This document shows, piece after piece, positions 59,327 through 64,000 of a DNA stretch of 64,000 nucleotides. A program made the translations under genes and the position numbers. This stretch comes from Candidatus Woesearchaeota archaeon. GTDB lineage: Archaea; Nanobdellota; Nanobdellia; SCGC-AAA011-G17; JACPIM01. Position 1 is the first letter of the stretch, and every line of letters begins with the position of its first letter. The notes under the pieces are model-generated. The model did no database searches. It worked only from the letters and a program-made list of their open reading frames with translations, and was not told the origin of the DNA. The stretch is taken from NCBI GenBank assembly GCA_016188045.1, contig JACPIM010000006.1, forward strand, positions 26,137 through 90,136. Reading direction: 5' to 3'.

Positions 59327-61191
59327 GATTATACGAAGAGGCAGTTGAAAAATTCAAAGAAGATGTTTCTCAAAATAAAATAGCAGATAAGATCTCAAAT
59401 CAATATCAAGAATATTACAAAAGAAAGGCAAACCCATCAGAAGTTAGGTCTTGGGTTAATTCTTTAAATTTTGTTAAAAATGTTTTAGAATATGCTCCGA
59501 TAGAAAAAAATAGAATAATAGTTGAATATGAATTACCTTACTCAGAAAAAAGAATAGATGTTATCTTATTTGGAAAAGATGAAGAAGGAAATGATAATAT
59601 AGTTATAATTGAGTTAAAACAATGGTCTAATGAAAATGTCAAAGATTCAGAAAATGAAGGCAACGTTAGAGTAGATTATGGTAGATTTGAACAAGAATCT
59701 CCACATCCTTCGTTACAGATAGAGGGCTATTATTGGCACTTAAAGGATTTCTTAACAGTATTTGAAGAAGAGCCAAAAATAATGTTAAGTGCTTGTGTTT
59801 ATTGTCATAATTACACTAAAGGTGAAAACGAAGTTCTTTATTTACCCAAGTTTAAACCCAATCTAGAAAAATATCCTGTTTTCTCAAAACAAGAAATAAT
59901 CGATTTTGGAAAATATCTAAAAACCAAATTGGCTACAGATCCAGGATTAGAAGTATTCGGAAGATTCAAGAATAGTATTTTTAGACCATCTAAAAAATTA
60001 ATGAATCACGTAGGGGAGATGATTAATCAACAGCAAATCTTCCATTTAATTGATGAGCAAATCACCTCTTATAAAGCAATAATGCAACAAGCAAAGAATT
60101 TAACAAAATCAAAAGAAAAAGCAGTAATAATAATCAAGGGTGGACCTGGTACAGGAAAATCTGTAATTGCCTTAGAAGTTATGGGCGAATTAATGGAAAA
60201 AGGAATAAATGTTGTTCATGCTACAGGATCTTCTGCATTTACAAATACATTAAGAAAAATATTAGGAATAAGGGCAGCTAAACAATTTAAGTTTTTTAAT
60301 AGTTTTTTAAAGCATAAAGAAAACAGCATAGATGTCTTAATTTGTGATGAGGCTCACAGAATCAGAAAGACAAGTGAAAGTATGTACACACCAAAGACGC
60401 TAAGAACAGGAGAACCGCAAATAAATGAGTTAATTAGGTCTGCAAAGTTAAGCATTTTTTTCTTGGATGAAAAACAAGTTGTTAGACCAACAGAAATAGG
60501 AAGTTCAAAATTAATAAAAGAAGCAGCTGAAAGATTTGAAGCTAAAATCTACGAAATGCCAGAATTAAAAACTCAATTTAGGTGTGGTGGTTCTGGTGGT
60601 TACTTAGAAAAAATTGAGCAAATATTAAACATAAGAGAAGAAGGAACAGAATTGGAGTCGGAAGAAGAAATAAAAATGGAACTTAAAATTCTCGGTTCTC
60701 CACACAAGCTTAAAGAAATAATAGATAGAAAAAATAGAGAAAAGAAAAATTGCGCAAGATTAACGGCCGGATTTTGTTGGTCATGGAGTAAACCAAACAA
60801 AGATGGTTCTTTAGTTAATGATGTTAAAATAGGAGATTTTGAAATGCCCTGGGAAAATAAAGAGACCTTCTGGAAGTGGGCCACTGAAGATTCTGGAATG
60901 GAACAAGTCGGCACAGTTTATACTTCACAAGGATTTGAATTTGATTACATAGGGGTAATATTTGGAAATGATTTAGTTTGGAATAAAGAAACAAAAAGTT
61001 GGTATGCTAAACCAGAAAACTCTTATGATAATATGGCAAAAAGGGGAAATGACGAATTTGTAAACCATCTTAAAAATATTTATAGGGTCCTTCTATCAAG
61101 AGCACACAAAGGAGTTTATATTTATTTTATGGATAAAAATACTGAAGAGTATTTTATCAAAAAAGCCAGAGAATTAAAGCTTATTACCTAA
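59323..61191 (+). CDS. DUF2075-like protein: N-terminal PD-(D/E)xK nuclease-like motif plus P-loop NTPase/helicase-like domain
   Basis: RIDVILFG...IVIIELKQW (D...ELK), Walker A IIKGGPGTGKS, Walker B VLICDEAHRI, and a C-terminal YTSQGFEFDYIGVIFG block typical of the DUF2075/Schlafen-like ATPase family. Confidence 0.6.
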   Translation: MRLYEEAVEKFKEDVSQNKIADKISNQYQEYYKRKANPSEVRSWVNSLNFVKNVLEYAPIEKNRIIVEYELPYSEKRIDVILFGKDEEGNDNIVIIELKQWSNENVKDSENEGNVRVDYGRFEQESPHPSLQIEGYYWHLKDFLTVFEEEPKIMLSACVYCHNYTKGENEVLYLPKFKPNLEKYPVFSKQEIIDFGKYLKTKLATDPGLEVFGRFKNSIFRPSKKLMNHVGEMINQQQIFHLIDEQITSYKAIMQQAKNLTKSKEKAVIIIKGGPGTGKSVIALEVMGELMEKGINVVHATGSSAFTNTLRKILGIRAAKQFKFFNSFLKHKENSIDVLICDEAHRIRKTSESMYTPKTLRTGEPQINELIRSAKLSIFFLDEKQVVRPTEIGSSKLIKEAAERFEAKIYEMPELKTQFRCGGSGGYLEKIEQILNIREEGTELESEEEIKMELKILGSPHKLKEIIDRKNREKKNCARLTAGFCWSWSKPNKDGSLVNDVKIGDFEMPWENKETFWKWATEDSGMEQVGTVYTSQGFEFDYIGVIFGNDLVWNKETKSWYAKPENSYDNMAKRGNDEFVNHLKNIYRVLLSRAHKGVYIYFMDKNTEEYFIKKARELKLIT

Positions 61192-61851
61192 CCAATTCCA
61201 GTATCTATTTTTTCCAACGATAACATGATCTAGAACTTGTATACCTAACATTTTCCCAGTGTCAATCATTTTTTTAGTAATCTCAATGTCTTCATTAGAA
61301 GGACTAGGATCTCCACTAGGATGATTATGCACTAAAACAATAGAATTTGCACTTTCTCTAATAGCATAATTAAATATCTCCCTAGGATGTATCAAAGAAG
61401 AATTCAAGCTTCCAACAAATATCTCTTTTTCACCAATAATCTTATTCTTAGTATCTAATAAAACAACCCAAAAAACTTCTTTTTTTAAAGGAACAAACCT
61501 ATCAACAAATCTATTAAACACATCTTTAGGGCTATTAAAATAACCAGTATTAAAACCGCCTTTCTTTAATTTATTAGTTCTTCTGAATAATTCAAATAAA
61601 CTCATAATTTTAGCAGCTTTAAATTCATTCTTAATTTCATTATGTAATTCATTTAAGCTTAAATCAGCTAATCTATGAAAGTTATATTTTTTCAGTAGTT
61701 TATTAGCCAAATCTATTGCACTTTCATCTTTTTCAACTCCAGAACCAAGAATTAAAGCTAATAACTCCGCCTCATTTAATTTTTCAACACCTTCTCTCTT
61801 CAATCTAGTCAAAGGTTGTGTAAAAAAAGGCATTTCTTCTATTTTCATCAT
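61174..61851 (-). CDS. radC: RadC-like JAB/MPN domain protein
   Basis: N-terminal HhH (LLALILGSG) and the JAMM motif HNHPSGDPSPSNEDIEITKKM. Convergent with DUF2075 and overlaps it by 18 nt. Confidence 0.7.
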   Translation of the reverse strand: MMKIEEMPFFTQPLTRLKREGVEKLNEAELLALILGSGVEKDESAIDLANKLLKKYNFHRLADLSLNELHNEIKNEFKAAKIMSLFELFRRTNKLKKGGFNTGYFNSPKDVFNRFVDRFVPLKKEVFWVVLLDTKNKIIGEKEIFVGSLNSSLIHPREIFNYAIRESANSIVLVHNHPSGDPSPSNEDIEITKKMIDTGKMLGIQVLDHVIVGKNRYWNWLGNKL

Positions 61852-62000
61852 TATTTTAATATCAACTCATTTTTAATGTATTTCTAAGAATAAACATATA
61901 TTTTGTAATTTAGTAGTTTCACACTAGTTTATTATGAGTTATGAGTCATAAAAAGATTTAAAAACATAGTTATCCTTAGAATTATCAGGAGAACATAAAA

Positions 62001-62240
62001 ATGCAAGAAGCTCAAATACTTAAAATGTTAACCACGTTTGATTTAGACTTGGAGTGGTTTAAAGAGAACTTAACCTCTTTAAAGGAAAATTATGACCAAA
62101 ATTATGTAGCTATAGAGAATACTGAAGTCATAGTACATGATAAAAATATAGATAACCTAATCACAAAACTAAAACAACTAGGCAAAGACCCATCAAAAGT
62201 ATTCATACAATTTGTTTCTAAAGTTAAATCAATATTTTGA
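62001..62240 (+). CDS. hypothetical small protein
   Basis: 79-aa ORF overlapping the following protease gene. Confidence 0.25.
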   Translation: MQEAQILKMLTTFDLDLEWFKENLTSLKENYDQNYVAIENTEVIVHDKNIDNLITKLKQLGKDPSKVFIQFVSKVKSIF

Positions 62241-62688
62241 TAATCAGATGAGAATTCCTCTAATACTAGTTGATGGAACCCCACGCGTTAATGCTATCCT
62301 GTTTTCCAATCGTTATCATTTTGGTTTAGCAAGGATAACTTTTGTTGTAGATACAGGAAGTAATGCTACTTTTATTGGTGAAGAGGATTTTGCAGGATTA
62401 CAAATTTCAATGGATACGTTGCATAAAGAAGAGGCATTTAAAATGGCGGGATCAAAATATAATCTCTTGCTAGGAAAAGAGGGAACATTATTATTCAAAA
62501 CAAATGAAAATAAAACTACACGTATTGAATTGCCAAATATCCCCATAGCCAAAACAATCAGCAAGAAAGCTTTAGACATAGAAGGTATACCATCCATACT
62601 TGGAACAGATTTTCTAGAAAAAAATAAACTTACTTTATATTTTAATCCAAGTAAGGATCTGATGTATTTGGAAAAAGAAGAATACTAG
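62212..62688 (+). CDS. retropepsin-like (clan AA) aspartic protease
   Basis: ILVDGTPRVNAILFSNRYHFGLARITFVVDTGSNATFIG contains the D-T/S-G-A catalytic motif context. Confidence 0.5.
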   Translation: MFLKLNQYFDNQMRIPLILVDGTPRVNAILFSNRYHFGLARITFVVDTGSNATFIGEEDFAGLQISMDTLHKEEAFKMAGSKYNLLLGKEGTLLFKTNENKTTRIELPNIPIAKTISKKALDIEGIPSILGTDFLEKNKLTLYFNPSKDLMYLEKEEY

Positions 62689-62693
62689 GAAAT

Positions 62694-62725
62694 CATAAGA
62701 ACGTAGTTCTTATCTAATTAAAAAT
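62694..62725. repeat. hairpin ATAAGAAC-gta-GTTCTTAT, the same inverted repeat as at 57325, about 130 nt downstream of the 23S 3' end
   Basis: AATCATAAGAACGTAGTTCTTATCTAATT. Confidence 0.45.
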
Positions 62726-62849
62726 TTATCAACTTTCCAAATAAGGCTGTGTATTTATTTAGAAGAGATTAAAAAAAGATTCATTAGAAAAGATACTGTT
62801 TAGATATTTTAATAAAGTAAAAGCATAGGCAATTAACTCTAAAAGTTTT

Positions 62850-64000
62850 ATTTTCGAACAATTAGTAATCACAGGCTGAACATCTCGTTACCTTGATGCT
62901 TACACCCTGATCCTATTAACCCCATCTTCTATGGGAGTTCTACGTCTCTTTTCGCGGATTCTTTCGAGCTTAGATGCTTTCAGCTCTTATGAACTATAGC
63001 GTAGCTGCTCGGCCTACCTTATCAGATAACCGATTGACCAGAGGCTACGAACCCCCGTTCCTCTCGTACTAAAGGGTCCTTCCACTCAGACATTTAACAC
63101 TTCCAGTAGATATCATACAAACTGTCTCACAACGTTCTTAACCCAGCTCACGAACCGTTTTAATGGGTGAACACCCCCACCCTTGGCTGCCTTCAGTTCA
63201 AAGAGTAAAATAGTTTCTAAATATATTTTTATAATCCAAAAAGATAATTCTGTTTTGATATATAAATTCCAAAGTCCAAACTATTATATTTTCATACTTC
63301 TTTTAATTAGTTTAGAAATATCTAGGAAACAAATATATCTACAGAAAAAATATTTTTGGGTTTGAGTTTAAAATAATATTTATATAAACTTTACTCTTCG
63401 ATATTCTGCACAGCCATTGTATTGATGAAGAATATACACTCTTTCATCTTGGATACGGTGAGCCGACATCGAAGTAGCAAACAGCGCCGTCGATTTACTC
63501 TTTCTTTTCCGAGGTTTTCTTCCTAAGAAAAGCTCTATGAGCTCTTAGGCGCTACGACTCAATTATCCCCGAGATAGCTTTTCTGTCATACCTAGCCCCT
63601 ATTAATAAGGACATAGGGGTTCGCTAGACCAGACTTTCGTCTTTGGATTTTGTATTGTTTAAAATCCAATCAGGCCCACTTTTGCTCTTGCGCTCTACTC
63701 CAGATTTCTAAACTGGATGAGTGGACCATAGGGCCCTGCTGATACCTTTTCAGCAGGGTGCCGCCCCAGCCAAACTGTCTGCCTGCTGGTGTTTTTCTTT
63801 TTAGAAATTAGAAACATAAATTCTATAGGGTGGTATCTCACTTTTGTTTACACTTACCCTAGCGAGCAAGCTTTAGCAACTCCCACCTATTCTGCACTAA
63901 AAAATATATATTTCAACAACAAGCTACAGTAAAGTTCTGCGGGGTCTTCGCTTCCCACTGGAAGTCACTGGCATTCACACCAGTCTTGCGTGTTCAGAGG
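62850..64000 (-). rRNA. 23S rRNA, 3' portion (domains V-VI), continuing beyond the window end
   Basis: The reverse complement contains ...CTTCGATGTCGGCTC..., AGTACGAGAGGAACGGGGGTTCG (sarcin-ricin loop), GCTGAAAGCATCTAAGCTCGAAAG and GACCCCGCAGAACTTTACTGTAGCTTG, all matching conserved 23S blocks. Confidence 0.9.
63206..63450 (-). other. about 245-nt AT-rich insertion within 23S domain V (candidate rRNA intron or expansion segment)
   Basis: Conserved ...GTCGGCTCACCGTATCC is followed by 245 nt of about 20% GC before resuming ...TGAACTGAAGGCAGCCAAGGGT. E. coli has contiguous CATCCTGGGGCTGAAGTAGGTCCCAAGGGT here. Confidence 0.4.

Noticed and set aside
63183-63365. 60-aa plus-strand ORF inside the 23S region
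   Set aside because: It falls within the AT-rich insertion of the minus-strand 23S rRNA and is low-complexity. It is too short to be a homing endonuclease.

Overview
This window is AT-rich (about 30% GC by eye) and archaeal in gene content. Housekeeping genes present: gyrB–gyrA, aIF2-gamma, a proteasome–SBDS–Rrp4–Rrp41–Rrp42–RpoK block, the RpoE'–Spt4–S24e–S27ae cluster, S2, enolase, HisRS, NAC, Sec61-beta, RNase J, a subtilisin and a partial 23S rRNA. The small, reduced character and the intein and intron load are compatible with a DPANN-type archaeon. This lineage call is an inference.

Described features:
- Two large inteins: one in aIF2-gamma at the P-loop carrying a LAGLIDADG domain, and one in GyrA at the gyrA-a site carrying an HNH domain with basic repeats.
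- An in-frame-breaking 31-nt intervening sequence in the aIF2-gamma P-loop codon His.
- A tRNA-His(GUG) with encoded G-1 and a 45-nt intron, sitting next to hisS.
- An AT-rich insertion in 23S domain V.
- Several toxin-antitoxin-like pairs: HEPN/MNT twice, RelE with its antitoxin, and DUF433/DUF5615.
- A cluster of secreted and pilin-like surface proteins.

Most interesting observations:
1. Three small accessory cassettes sit immediately 3' of a host gene and are followed by a displaced near-copy (about 40-55 nt) of that gene's 3' end. The cassettes are an AAA/DUF4143 ATPase, an HTH-NTase+HEPN pair and a HEPN+MNT pair. This is the scar pattern of site-specific integration into gene 3' ends.
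2. A tightly overlapping five-gene plus-strand operon (NTase, small ORF, Cas4-like Fe-S nuclease, MazG, DUF2075-like PD-(D/E)xK+P-loop protein) with a convergent RadC/JAB gene. The block is bounded by ATAAGAAC/GTTCTTAT hairpins. It is a candidate novel defence island.
3. A compositionally foreign GC-rich, Arg-rich block carrying a methylpurine glycosylase, a 1155-aa SNF2-like helicase and three translationally coupled HTH paralogs.
4. A conserved GC-rich promoter-like element found three times, and a GTTGATAAG/hairpin motif with compensatory changes found three times.
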